A DNA stretch of 62,809 nucleotides from an uncultured bacterium (lineage in GTDB: Bacteria > Poribacteria > WGA-4E > DTYX01 > CAZRLY01): NCBI GenBank assembly GCA_964601015.1, contig CAZRLY010000001.1, positions 1-62,809 on the forward strand. Direction: 5' to 3'. Position numbers and translations under genes: made by a program. The notes below the pieces were generated by a model that did no database searches, was not told the origin of the DNA, and saw only the letters and a list, made by a program, of their open reading frames with translations. Shown one piece after another: positions 55,254-62,809 of the stretch (position 1 is its first letter; each line of letters starts with the position of its first letter).

Positions 55254-55838
55254 ATGATTTTCATTCTCAGCGCGCCTGTACACTCAGGCAAAACAACCTG
55301 GTTATCACAAGTTGTAACGGAGCTAAAAAAACACAACCGACTTTGCAAAGGCATACTGAGTTATGCTGTCTTTGACGATGACAAACGCATCGGTTATGAC
55401 ATCGAAAATATCGAAACAGGTAAAAGACAACCGTTCATTCGGCGGGTTGGATACGATGTCGGTTTTGACGATGTGGATGTTTATCTGGGGGAATATCATT
55501 TCCGTTCGGTTGTCATTGAAGAGGTTAATCGGATGCTCAAAGAAGCGGTGAATGCTGATGTAGTCATCATAGACGAAATTGGTCCACTGGAACTTCAAGG
55601 GAGGGGATTTTTTCCTGCCATCTCATTTTTCATGTCTCATCAGCCCTTGTGTTTGGTTATGGTGGTGCGGGATACCATCGTATCGGACGTAATTTCGCGG
55701 TTCGGAATTGATGAATACCAACTCGTCGCGCCTGGGCAAGAGGGTGTTTTGAAGCGGATATTTGGGGCAACGAGGGGATTGCAATACGATATTACAAAAG
55801 AGATAGCCTTTTTTCGCGAAACATTCGAGTGCCGTTAA
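55254..55838 (+). CDS. P-loop NTPase (THEP1/DUF2478-like)
   Basis: Walker A 'SAPVHSGKTT' and Walker B 'VVIIDEIGPLE'. Start trimmed to MIFILS. Confidence 0.6.
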   Translation: MIFILSAPVHSGKTTWLSQVVTELKKHNRLCKGILSYAVFDDDKRIGYDIENIETGKRQPFIRRVGYDVGFDDVDVYLGEYHFRSVVIEEVNRMLKEAVNADVVIIDEIGPLELQGRGFFPAISFFMSHQPLCLVMVVRDTIVSDVISRFGIDEYQLVAPGQEGVLKRIFGATRGLQYDITKEIAFFRETFECR

Positions 55839-55857
55839 GATTGTTAATTTGGCATGT

Positions 55858-56290
55858 TCACGTCCATGTCTCTACGTCTAACCCTTCAATCTGAATAAAG
55901 TGCCCGATATTTCCAGTAACAACTACCCCTCCGACAGCCAGGGCAATAGCCGCAATGCGCAAATCGTTGGTGCCAATGCGGCGATATGTTTTTCGCAATT
56001 CTTCAGTAGTCAGCGGCAGCTTCGTCGAATGGTAGTACCCATACAGTATGGAAAAAAGTCAAAGCTTCCTCTAACCGGGCATAGGCTTGTACAATAGCAT
56101 TTCGGCCCCCCTTTTGATTTGCCCTTGTAATTTGGGATAGTCGCCCGCGCATCTGTTCCTCTACAGTAACGACCGGGATAGCTCGCTGTTCAGGTGGAAG
56201 AGCGCGAAGGCGACTGCACCAGGGTTCCTGTCCACGCTGAATGTAGCTTACGGTGCTGGTATCTAAAATTCGCAATTTAGCGTCAGACAT
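55858..56290 (-). pseudogene. vapC: PIN-domain VapC toxin gene with a frameshift
   Basis: The N-terminal frame 'MSDAKLRILDTSTV...LPFDEAAADY' stops at 56003-56005. The C-terminal half 'TEELRKTYRRIGTNDLRIAAIALAVGGVVVTGNIGHFIQIEGLDVETWT' continues in another frame, down to the stop at 55858-55860. Confidence 0.65.
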
Positions 56291-56585
56291 CAGTCGTCTC
56301 CTCATCTACTTGCCGCCTGTAGGCTTCTATTTCCCCTTGGAACTCATCCCAAGTTGGGTCAATCGCCCACATGCCGATGAATGGCTCCCACGGGTCAAGA
56401 TTGGTTGGCGTTTTGATTTCTACAGTAGTAATTTCTATCCGCGCAAGTCGCTCCACGATGGTTCGCTGTACTTTGTTGAGCGTTTCTTCCCGTGTGCGTC
56501 CTTCGACCGCGCATTCCGGCAAGGCTGGCACGGATGCGCGATAACTACCTTTTCTACTTTCTAATAACACGGTGTATTGCATCAT
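56283..56585 (-). CDS. HicB/UPF0150-like antitoxin
   Basis: 'YTVLLESRKGSYRASVPALPECAVEGRTREETLNKVQ' is a HicB-type fold signature. The stop overlaps the vapC start (ATGTCTGA). Confidence 0.55.
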   Translation of the reverse strand: MMQYTVLLESRKGSYRASVPALPECAVEGRTREETLNKVQRTIVERLARIEITTVEIKTPTNLDPWEPFIGMWAIDPTWDEFQGEIEAYRRQVDEETTDV

Positions 56586-56629
56586 TTATTCCCTCCTCAG
56601 TATTGTAATTTGTTGCCGGAAGGGCTTAA

Positions 56630-57619
56630 TCAAAATTCCGACAGGCTTCTAAGTTTTGAAAACTCCATCATAGTACATAGCGCGTTGTTATCGGTTTCTA
56701 TTCCTGCTTCCTCTACGGCTGCTAATGGGTTTAGCCCTGCGAGAACAACCATCCCCACGCATCCTGCGCTGACTGGAATCTCAAGGAGCGGTTGACTGGG
56801 TTTTCCAATTGCGATAACTCCTTCCAACTTAATCTGCTTGAGCTTATCCACAACCTCCTCTACGATGTTCAAACATGCCGCTGGGAACTCGCGAAATCCT
56901 GCCAGAACTTTTCCAACCTCGCCTTTAGCGGCGCTGTAAACATCGGTCATTTTGCTTTTTATGAATATTTCCGCCGGGTCAAGTGATGTGCCATCGTAGT
57001 AAATTACTTCCGTGAATCGCAAGGGAGTTTCTGCGTTTTCTACCTGCACAATTCCGCCGAATTTAGAATACACTGGCACTCGATGACTGAGCAATATCCC
57101 GTTGATTGTTACGGCGCAAACTGTGCCCAGTGCAACCGTGTCCTCAGGAACAATACTGTTACCTATCTCCCCTCCTTCCTCAACGATAGCCACTAAATCT
57201 GTAACGGCAATCTTTGCTCTACATACCTCCTTCATTATTTCCAACGACTCAGGAAATTTATCCTTTGGAATGAAGGAAACATTCAGGATAATATCGCCTT
57301 TTTTGGTATCCAAATCGAAATTCGTTAGAGAGGATAATGTATCTACCCTGTGAATAACCATCCCAACTTTATCGGAAACCAGTGCGTCTTCCACTTCTTT
57401 CCTGCCTTTTTCAGTTATTATCCTTCCCTTCCTGTTGCTGATGATTTTAGTCAAGCCTCTTTCATCCATTATGCGAAGGTGATAGCGTACTGCCCGTTCT
57501 GTTAAATCAACTCCACGTTTTTTAAGCTCTCTGGAGATGATACGCGAACCTATCGGCTCTTTCTCGTCGTTCAAAATGCTTAAAATGGTAATGATTTTTC
57601 TTTCAATATCTTTTTCCAT
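56630..57619 (-). CDS. NrpR-like regulator (winged HTH plus one NrpR regulatory/DUF128-type domain)
   Basis: N-terminal wHTH 'ILSILNDEKEPIGSRIISRELKKRGVDLTERAVRYHLRIMDERGL'. The C-terminal 'VLAGLNPLAAVEEAGIE' resembles the conserved NrpR-domain segment as I recall it. Confidence 0.55.
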   Translation of the reverse strand: MEKDIERKIITILSILNDEKEPIGSRIISRELKKRGVDLTERAVRYHLRIMDERGLTKIISNRKGRIITEKGRKEVEDALVSDKVGMVIHRVDTLSSLTNFDLDTKKGDIILNVSFIPKDKFPESLEIMKEVCRAKIAVTDLVAIVEEGGEIGNSIVPEDTVALGTVCAVTINGILLSHRVPVYSKFGGIVQVENAETPLRFTEVIYYDGTSLDPAEIFIKSKMTDVYSAAKGEVGKVLAGFREFPAACLNIVEEVVDKLKQIKLEGVIAIGKPSQPLLEIPVSAGCVGMVVLAGLNPLAAVEEAGIETDNNALCTMMEFSKLRSLSEF

Positions 57620-57654
57620 AAGATTTTTTCCTCTAATAAGGTTTACGCAACGCC

Positions 57655-57670
57655 GGAAAGACTGTTTTCC
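57655..57670. promoter_or_regulatory. Palindrome GGAAA-N6-TTTCC upstream of the NrpR-like gene
   Basis: GGAAAGACTGTTTTCC lies 36 nt upstream of the ATG at 57619. Confidence 0.3.
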
Positions 57671-57671
57671 A

Positions 57672-58814
57672 TCAAATACTAATAGGGTATTGCCCGTACT
57701 TCATCCCTGCTTCAATAAGCCTCTCTGCATTAGCAAGCACATGCCCCAGGTTGCGTGCCGTCCATGTTCCAGCATCTCCACCGGTTGTCCGCAAGATGAA
57801 CCCTCCACCCGATGCGCCGTCGCGGATTGTCTGCTTAACGTATTCTTCCGTTTCATCAGGTGTCATAAAAGCAAACTGTGGCGAGGGGATGTTCCCACAG
57901 AGAAGCATCCTGTCGCCAACCCTGCGTTTGGCTTCCTTCAGAACGACGTCAGCTTGTGGAGGTGGCTCACAGGGTTCGATGGCGTCTATCCCGATTTCCA
58001 CAAATTTTCCCAGGTATTCCATAGCGTTTCCGTGACAGTGGATACGCGTTTTTCCTCCGTATTTGTGAATAGTTTGGTAGATTTTTGCATCGTAGGGGGC
58101 GATGTACTCATCAAACATGGCGTGGGACATCCAAGGCGTCAAAGCCATCTCCATACCACATTGGCTGAAATATTTTGCCTGCAATTTAGGCAGTAGGTAC
58201 TCAAGCTGATTCAAAACGCGATTGACCAGTACATTTAGCAAATCATGTATCAGCGTGCGTTCGAGTATGAGCCATGCGTAAAAATCCTGCCGCAGTGTTG
58301 ACCGAGTCAGTTGACCAAACGGATGCGGCACGCTCACCATGAGTATGCCATCGTCTCCCAATTGTTTGCGCGCTCTGTGAAACGCGCTGGTGTCGCTTTC
58401 CAACAACTTATACGGTGCGTTCATCAATCGGCGCAAATCATCCGGGGCGCTTAGATAGTGTTTCTCCCACGCGTAGTCTATAGTTGAAACCGGGTGTTTT
58501 GTGATGGCGTAAAAATCGCCTGCCGGCGTATGATAAGTACGTTGTATGCGCTTGTATTCGCCTGGCTTATTTTCTATTTCTTTGGTTTCATGCGTATAAG
58601 GCAGGCAGAAGAAACCCCAATCCGGTCCCCAACCGCGCAGTTTTGCGGCATGTTGAGCTATCAACTCTCGAAGTCGTCTACTACGCTGGTCGCGCGCCGC
58701 TTCTGCCACGATACTCATTTCGATAGGTACTCTATCCGGCTCCTGGCAGTTGAATACCCGTTCAAGCCTCTCTCGCGGTGTTAGACTGGGATATTTTACG
58801 GAAATGCTGGACAT
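57672..58814 (-). CDS. Uroporphyrinogen decarboxylase (URO-D)-family protein
   Basis: 'RIHCHGNAMEYLGKFVEIGIDAIEPCEP' and overall URO-D-like TIM-barrel layout. Similar architecture to 17696-18856. Confidence 0.65.
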   Translation of the reverse strand: MSSISVKYPSLTPRERLERVFNCQEPDRVPIEMSIVAEAARDQRSRRLRELIAQHAAKLRGWGPDWGFFCLPYTHETKEIENKPGEYKRIQRTYHTPAGDFYAITKHPVSTIDYAWEKHYLSAPDDLRRLMNAPYKLLESDTSAFHRARKQLGDDGILMVSVPHPFGQLTRSTLRQDFYAWLILERTLIHDLLNVLVNRVLNQLEYLLPKLQAKYFSQCGMEMALTPWMSHAMFDEYIAPYDAKIYQTIHKYGGKTRIHCHGNAMEYLGKFVEIGIDAIEPCEPPPQADVVLKEAKRRVGDRMLLCGNIPSPQFAFMTPDETEEYVKQTIRDGASGGGFILRTTGGDAGTWTARNLGHVLANAERLIEAGMKYGQYPISI

Positions 58815-58980
58815 TTTTTGATTACTCCTTTCATCAAAGTCACTATTGGGCGTTTATGTTATTATAACCGATTAAAACGATGCTGTCAAACATTTTTTTT
58901 TTGGATTTTTCCTCTGCGCGCTCTTCAAAGTCCATGATGAGTTGGGCAGAACGAAAGATGCCGACGCCATTAATTTCCAA

Positions 58981-59010
58981 TTGACAGATACCGCGTCCTT
59001 GATGTACAAT
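58981..59010 (+). promoter_or_regulatory. Candidate sigma70-type promoter
   Basis: TTGACA (58981-58986), 18-nt spacer, TACAAT (59005-59010), 21 nt upstream of the ATG at 59032. Confidence 0.4.
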
Positions 59011-59031
59011 AAAAAAAAGGGGAAGTCGCAG

Positions 59032-59571
59032 ATGAAAGTCAAAAAACTCATTAGTTTCATATTGGTTATTGTTTTTATGATGGTGTTTGGGTGTAGTAAC
59101 TTGCTTGCTGTTGAGGCTAAACCTCCCTTGAGTGAGATAAGAATTACAGGTGAAATTTTAGCTGGTGGAGTAGGAGGAATTCTTATTGGGGTTGGAGGAT
59201 GCCTCATAGGCGCTGAGTATGAGAAGTATAAGTATGGAGAGGGCGAATACAGAGGTCTGTGGAGTGCTTTGTTTGTTGCTCCTATAGGTTATACACTCGG
59301 TAATGCCATTGGTGTTTATTTAGTTGGAAACATAGGTGATGAAACAGGGTCGTTTTTAGCAACTTTGGGAGGTAGCATTTTAGGATTGGGAGTAGGGGTT
59401 GTTCTTGCTCTATCTGCTGATTCCTTCAATGAACGAGCAGCTTTTCCTACCTTTGTTGCTAGCTCATCTATCTGCGCTACTATTGGATTTAATCTGACTC
59501 GCAGGTATAACTCACCACCCGCCACTAGAACTGCTCCCATCCGTCTAGATTTGGTAAAGGTGAGGTTTTAA
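59032..59571 (+). CDS. Lipoprotein/membrane protein with glycine-zipper segments
   Basis: Lipobox-like 'MMVFGCS'. Gly-rich 'GGVGGILIGVGGCLIGA' and 'GGSILGLGVGVVLA' segments. Confidence 0.5.
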   Translation: MKVKKLISFILVIVFMMVFGCSNLLAVEAKPPLSEIRITGEILAGGVGGILIGVGGCLIGAEYEKYKYGEGEYRGLWSALFVAPIGYTLGNAIGVYLVGNIGDETGSFLATLGGSILGLGVGVVLALSADSFNERAAFPTFVASSSICATIGFNLTRRYNSPPATRTAPIRLDLVKVRF

Positions 59572-59975
59572 ATCTAGCAAACGAAACAGTGGTGTAGCAA
59601 GCTTTATGCCATATCGCGATAAGTCTCCAGTTTTACATGCTTCCATAATTGACCACGCACAATCTGACCCATTTGCTTCGTTCAGCAGGTTATGCGTTAA
59701 AGTTCCGCAGAAGTTGGCGGGATGTCCCGCAGATTCCTACCACAATAAAAATAGAAATGTGGCGTTGTGTGATTATTTAGCTCGATGTTTTCATCGGGAG
59801 ATTCTAAGGTTGGATAGCAAACGCGGTGGGACGGGCAAAAGCGGGCTGGACGTGCTGACACCGTATCCTGCGGGGGATTTGGCTTTACCGAGACAACACG
59901 AACTTGTTGCTGCTATTAACCGGTTGAGGACGCTGGAAATAGCGGATGTTTTCTGAGATGCCGCTTTCTTTTTTT

Positions 59976-60737
59976 TCACAATTCGTGCACACTCGTTGGT
60001 ATCCCGATTCTTTTTTCTCCCTCACGCAAACGCAGGGCGTAGGTATCAGCCTCTATCGCCTTTCGGGTTATTTCATACATATTCTTTGCCGAGATGCGCC
60101 TGACGATTGACTCTCCTATGACAATCTTCGTCTGCGCTCCCGCGCGGAAGAGGGGCGCGTCCATTCGGTTAAAATCGTAAGGAAGGGGCATGTTGTGTAC
60201 TTTGGCAGGCAGCGGGCGTTTTAGTCCATTTTCATCAATGATGGTGGCGTTTTTAGTCTCCCTGAAACGGACGTATTCGGGTGCTATCTTTTCCTCGATT
60301 GCTTCGAAGGTGGTGTTGGAATTGTGCGAGACTCCCAGAAGCAGGATTTGAGCATCCAGGTTTATGAATTTTTGAAAAGGACTTTCTGCCCCGCACGGGG
60401 TAAGAGAGTGAGTTGCTGTCAGTTCCTTTGCCAGTCCGCCTATGGCACAAACGGATTCGGTGAGATGATGGCTGCGATGGGTAGAACGCCTACGCAACGC
60501 TTCTGAAATAGCGCCCAGTTCTGAGGGTGAGTTGCGCATGTCGAAAACCCCGCCGTCTTTTTTCTGTGAGTATGTGCCAGCGGGCGCAGCCACGGTTCCT
60601 TCAGGTTCGACGGCTTCGAGGAGAGCGTCAATGACCGCGTCCGCGCCACCTTCGACATATCCGAATTTGCTGAGTGATGAGTGGCAATAGACGATGTCGC
60701 CGCTTTGAACACCAACACGCCGAAACCCTTCATACAA
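59976..60737 (-). CDS. AAC(3)-family aminoglycoside N3-acetyltransferase-like protein
   Basis: The N-terminus 'GDIVYCHSSLSKFGYVEGGADAVIDALLEAV..EGTV' and 'LLGVSHNSNTTFE' resemble AAC(3)/YokD-type enzymes. Confidence 0.7.
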   Translation of the reverse strand: MYEGFRRVGVQSGDIVYCHSSLSKFGYVEGGADAVIDALLEAVEPEGTVAAPAGTYSQKKDGGVFDMRNSPSELGAISEALRRRSTHRSHHLTESVCAIGGLAKELTATHSLTPCGAESPFQKFINLDAQILLLGVSHNSNTTFEAIEEKIAPEYVRFRETKNATIIDENGLKRPLPAKVHNMPLPYDFNRMDAPLFRAGAQTKIVIGESIVRRISAKNMYEITRKAIEADTYALRLREGEKRIGIPTSVHEL

Positions 60738-60913
60738 ATCTGCCTTTGTTACGTGAATGCAAGTTTTCTTTCTTGTTTCGATATCTATTTTAGCCAGGGA
60801 TAATTCCCCCTTTCAGAAGTTTGAGGTCAAGATTCGCATCTCGACAGTCGAGTTTGAAACTCTACCTACTTGGGCAACCACATCGGGTTGTACCTACGAG
60901 AGAGTTCGGAAAT

Positions 60914-60960
60914 TAAAAAAGCCACACGAAAGGGATTTAATCCTTTTTTCGGTGGCTTTT
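60914..60960 (-). terminator. Intrinsic terminator after the tRNA operon
   Basis: On the minus strand, the stem GCCACCGAAAAAAGGATT / AATCCCTTTCGTGTGGC is followed by TTTTTT. Confidence 0.65.
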
Positions 60961-60963
60961 GAA

Positions 60964-61036
60964 TGCCGGTGTGGGGAATCGAACCCCAGACAACACGGGT
61001 ATGAGCCGTGCGCTCTTGCCGCTGAGCTACACCGGC
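60964..61036 (-). tRNA. tRNA with CAU anticodon, elongator type (Met, or Ile2 if lysidine-modified)
   Basis: GCCGGTGTAGCTCAGCGGCAAGAGCGCACGGCTCATACCCGTGTTGTCTGGGGTTCGATTCCCCACACCGGCA folds as a cloverleaf with a 7-bp acceptor. It lacks the initiator GGG/CCC anticodon stem. CCA is not encoded. Confidence 0.85.
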
Positions 61037-61122
61037 TGAAAAACGGACATCTAAATCCGTTAATCTATGTGAGAAAAATTGGTTGCGGGGGTAGGATTCG
61101 AACCTACGACCTTTGGGTTATG

Positions 61123-61766
61123 CTTACCACTACAGCTTTCGCTGCCTGAACCATTTGTGGTCTGGACTTTCCCTTCACCCTCGGCTGAACCGTTAGGGTG
61201 CCTGCCGTCAAGTCTCTACACCTTCTCTGAAAATCAGACAACTTTCAGAGCTTGGCTCGGGATTACCACCGTCTGAGGTTTCCCCGAATTTGACAGGTAT
61301 CACACATGAGTTTCCCCATGTGCAGCCCATTGCAAGATTAATTTCCAAGCGTCACGGTATTTGGCGGAACGTGGTTTTCGCTGACGTTTATCAGCCTCAA
61401 CCATGTGAATTTCACTACCGTAACTGATGAACACATCTACGGGAAAAACATAGAACAAATCCAACTCTGGAATATAAACCAAAGCGAAATCAAAATCCGA
61501 TAGCTCATATACATCTCGAATCATTGAGCGGCGGTTTGTTTTTGTCCGACGATTGTCAACCACATAGTTTTGACGTGATTTGTCAAACCATGCACATTTG
61601 ACCTGGATTTTGACGAGTTTACCTCCTATATCGAATACCAAATCGTACGGCAATCGGTCTCCAACAGGGGTAAGAACTCCCCACCCGCGCTTTAATGCTT
61701 CAAGAAGAGCTACCTGTTCAGCAATGTCCCCCTTCAATTTTGTGTCCATATTAATCCTGCGAATTG
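61123..61766 (-). mobile_element. Group I intron (IC3-like) inserted between U33 and C34 of tRNA-fMet
   Basis: The 5' exon ends in U and the intron ends in G (..GTGGTAAG). The 3' 177 nt contain GTCAAATTCGGGGAAACC, CCGAGCCAAGC and GAAGGTGTAGAGACTTGACGGCA..CACCCTAA. These closely match the catalytic-core strings of the Azoarcus tRNA intron as I remember them. Confidence 0.8.
61300..61749 (-). CDS. Intron-encoded PD-(D/E)XK homing endonuclease (I-Ssp6803I-like)
   Basis: 149 aa, starting 17 nt into the intron. 'KGDIAEQVALLEALKRGWGVLTPVGDRLPYDLVFDIGGKLVKIQVKC' fits the small PD-(D/E)XK family that includes the cyanobacterial tRNA-fMet intron endonuclease. Confidence 0.7.
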   Translation of the reverse strand: MDTKLKGDIAEQVALLEALKRGWGVLTPVGDRLPYDLVFDIGGKLVKIQVKCAWFDKSRQNYVVDNRRTKTNRRSMIRDVYELSDFDFALVYIPELDLFYVFPVDVFISYGSEIHMVEADKRQRKPRSAKYRDAWKLILQWAAHGETHV

Positions 61767-61832
61767 AGCCCAACGAGCTTCCAAACTGCTCCACCCCGCG
61801 TCAATGAGAAACAAGAAAATTTAGCGGTGCAA

Positions 61833-61918
61833 TGGGCGAAGAGGGATTTGAACCCTCACGCTCTTATAAGGAGCGAGGGATTTTAAGTCCCTTGTGTCTA
61901 CCATTCCACCACTCGCCC
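61833..61918 (-). tRNA. tRNA-Leu(UAA), intronless
   Basis: GGGCGAGTGGTGGAATGGTAGACACAAGGGACTTAAAATCCCTCGCTCCTTATAAGAGCGTGAGGGTTCAAATCCCTCTTCGCCCA. Long variable arm. CCA is not encoded. Confidence 0.9.
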
Positions 61919-61943
61919 ATTTTCAAATCACTGTCCTTATATT

Positions 61944-62279
61944 CTAATATATAACTTTCGTTTTGTCAAGTTCTTTTTTCATTTTTTGGGGTAAATTTCT
62001 ATTTTTTATGGACGATACGAGCCGGTAAACTGTTTCCCCCTCTTTAATATACCCTTGTTCCCTGGCAACCATTTCTCTGGTTAATTCATCATTTTGCAAC
62101 CGCTCAACGTAATCAAGTCGTTCGTCCCGTTTGGCTTCAAGTTCTTTTATTGTAGCGATATAGCTTCGCCGTATCTTTTTACTCTGCCGCCAATATTTGA
62201 ATCCATCAACAAATCTGCATGAACTCAAAGCGAAAAGGGGTATAGCTAACAATAATAGTATAATTTGGACGATACGCAT
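61944..62279 (-). CDS. ftsB: Septum formation initiator (FtsB/DivIC-like)
   Basis: N-terminal TM helix, then a coiled coil and 'EMVAREQGYIKEGETVYRLV'. The position downstream of eno is a common synteny. Confidence 0.65.
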   Translation of the reverse strand: MRIVQIILLLLAIPLFALSSCRFVDGFKYWRQSKKIRRSYIATIKELEAKRDERLDYVERLQNDELTREMVAREQGYIKEGETVYRLVSSIKNRNLPQKMKKELDKTKVIY

Positions 62280-62393
62280 ATCGGATTAATTCAACCTCAC
62301 TTGATTTGGATAGTTGGGTAACTAAGAGTGTTTGCTTCGCACTCCAACGACTTTGTCTTATGGCGAAGCGACTTTCCATTGGAAATGTGCCAA

Positions 62394-62809
<416 letters not shown>

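Larger units (their letters stand above)
61080..61800 (-). tRNA. Initiator tRNA-fMet(CAU) gene split by a 644-nt intron
   Basis: Exon 1 (61800-61767) is CGCGGGGTGGAGCAGTTTGGAAGCTCGTTGGGCT. Exon 2 (61122-61080) is CATAACCCAAAGGTCGTAGGTTCGAATCCTACCCCCGCAACCA. Joined, they give a 77-nt tRNA with the C1-A72 mismatch, the GGG/CCC anticodon stem and an encoded CCA. Confidence 0.85.

Noticed and set aside
480-58196. Long antisense or overlapping track ORFs, for example 480..839, 2656..3237, 4991..5539, 10342..10929, 18389..18970, 24374..24913, 28590..29109, 29082..29714, 31471..31926, 54155..54706 and 57537..58196.
   Set aside because: Each lies inside and opposite to, or out of frame with, a gene that has strong motif support. 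They have no motifs of their own and are treated as shadow ORFs.
59606-59956. Track ORF 59606..59956 (+), 116 aa, in the gap between the lipoprotein gene and the AAC(3)-like gene.
   Set aside because: It has no recognisable motifs and no convincing RBS. Its composition is typical of a non-coding frame. Left unannotated.
60757-61276. Track ORFs 60757..61149 (+) and 61079..61276 (+).
   Set aside because: They run antisense through two tRNA genes, the terminator and the intron ribozyme core. They are translation artefacts of structured RNA genes.
61123-61300. The segment next to the tRNA-like 3' end was first considered as tmRNA (tRNA-like end with CCA) or RNase P RNA (contains GGGAAAGTCCAGAC, reminiscent of the GGAAAGTCCGGGC box).
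   Set aside because: The 3' end is an exact initiator-tRNA 3' half. The matching 5' half lies at 61767-61800, and the intervening core matches group I intron strings. No tmRNA tag ORF or 5' GGGGCUGA acceptor partner is present.

Overview
This is a 62.8-kb chromosomal window from a bacterium with mid-range GC (judged by eye, not computed). All calls rest on motif recognition in the supplied ORF translations and on reading the DNA directly; no database search, alignment tool or RNA folding was run. Housekeeping genes: serA, rsgA, tyrS, rpiB, ftsB-like, a partial eno, and a tRNA operon Leu(UAA)-fMet-Met. A large glycan and sugar-utilisation complement: a CxPxR sulfatase, a heparinase II/III-like lyase, four Gfo/Idh/MocA oxidoreductases, a xylose-isomerase-like TIM barrel, an enolase-superfamily dehydratase, a Zn-ADH, two URO-D-like proteins and PA14/malectin/CBM9-like modules. 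This repertoire resembles Planctomycetes/Poribacteria-type uncultivated lineages, but I cannot assign taxonomy. Accessory content: a compact type II R-M pair, an MNT/HEPN cassette that truncated an HNH gene, a second intact HNH module, and a frameshifted vapC with its antitoxin. There is also a ~3-kb inverted-repeat-bounded element with an IS4/IS701-like transposase plus Toprim cargo, a 141-bp MITE-like element, paired-hairpin (REP/BIME-like) repeats and heptamer/octamer tandem repeats at gene ends. The initiator tRNA gene is split by a group I intron encoding a PD-(D/E)XK homing endonuclease. The best candidate for an undescribed system is a module present twice. It pairs a small protein with a PARP/Tpt1-like 'WHGT' NAD-binding signature (ART-like) with a PriS-like archaeo-eukaryotic primase (AEP). 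One copy is a minimal ATGA-coupled two-gene operon at 24932-26460. The other forms the first and last genes of a co-directional five-gene cluster at 6341-12979, together with RsgA, a GNAT and a Ski2/HelY-like helicase with a non-canonical motif II. The long AEP carries a second, catalytically degenerate AEP domain.
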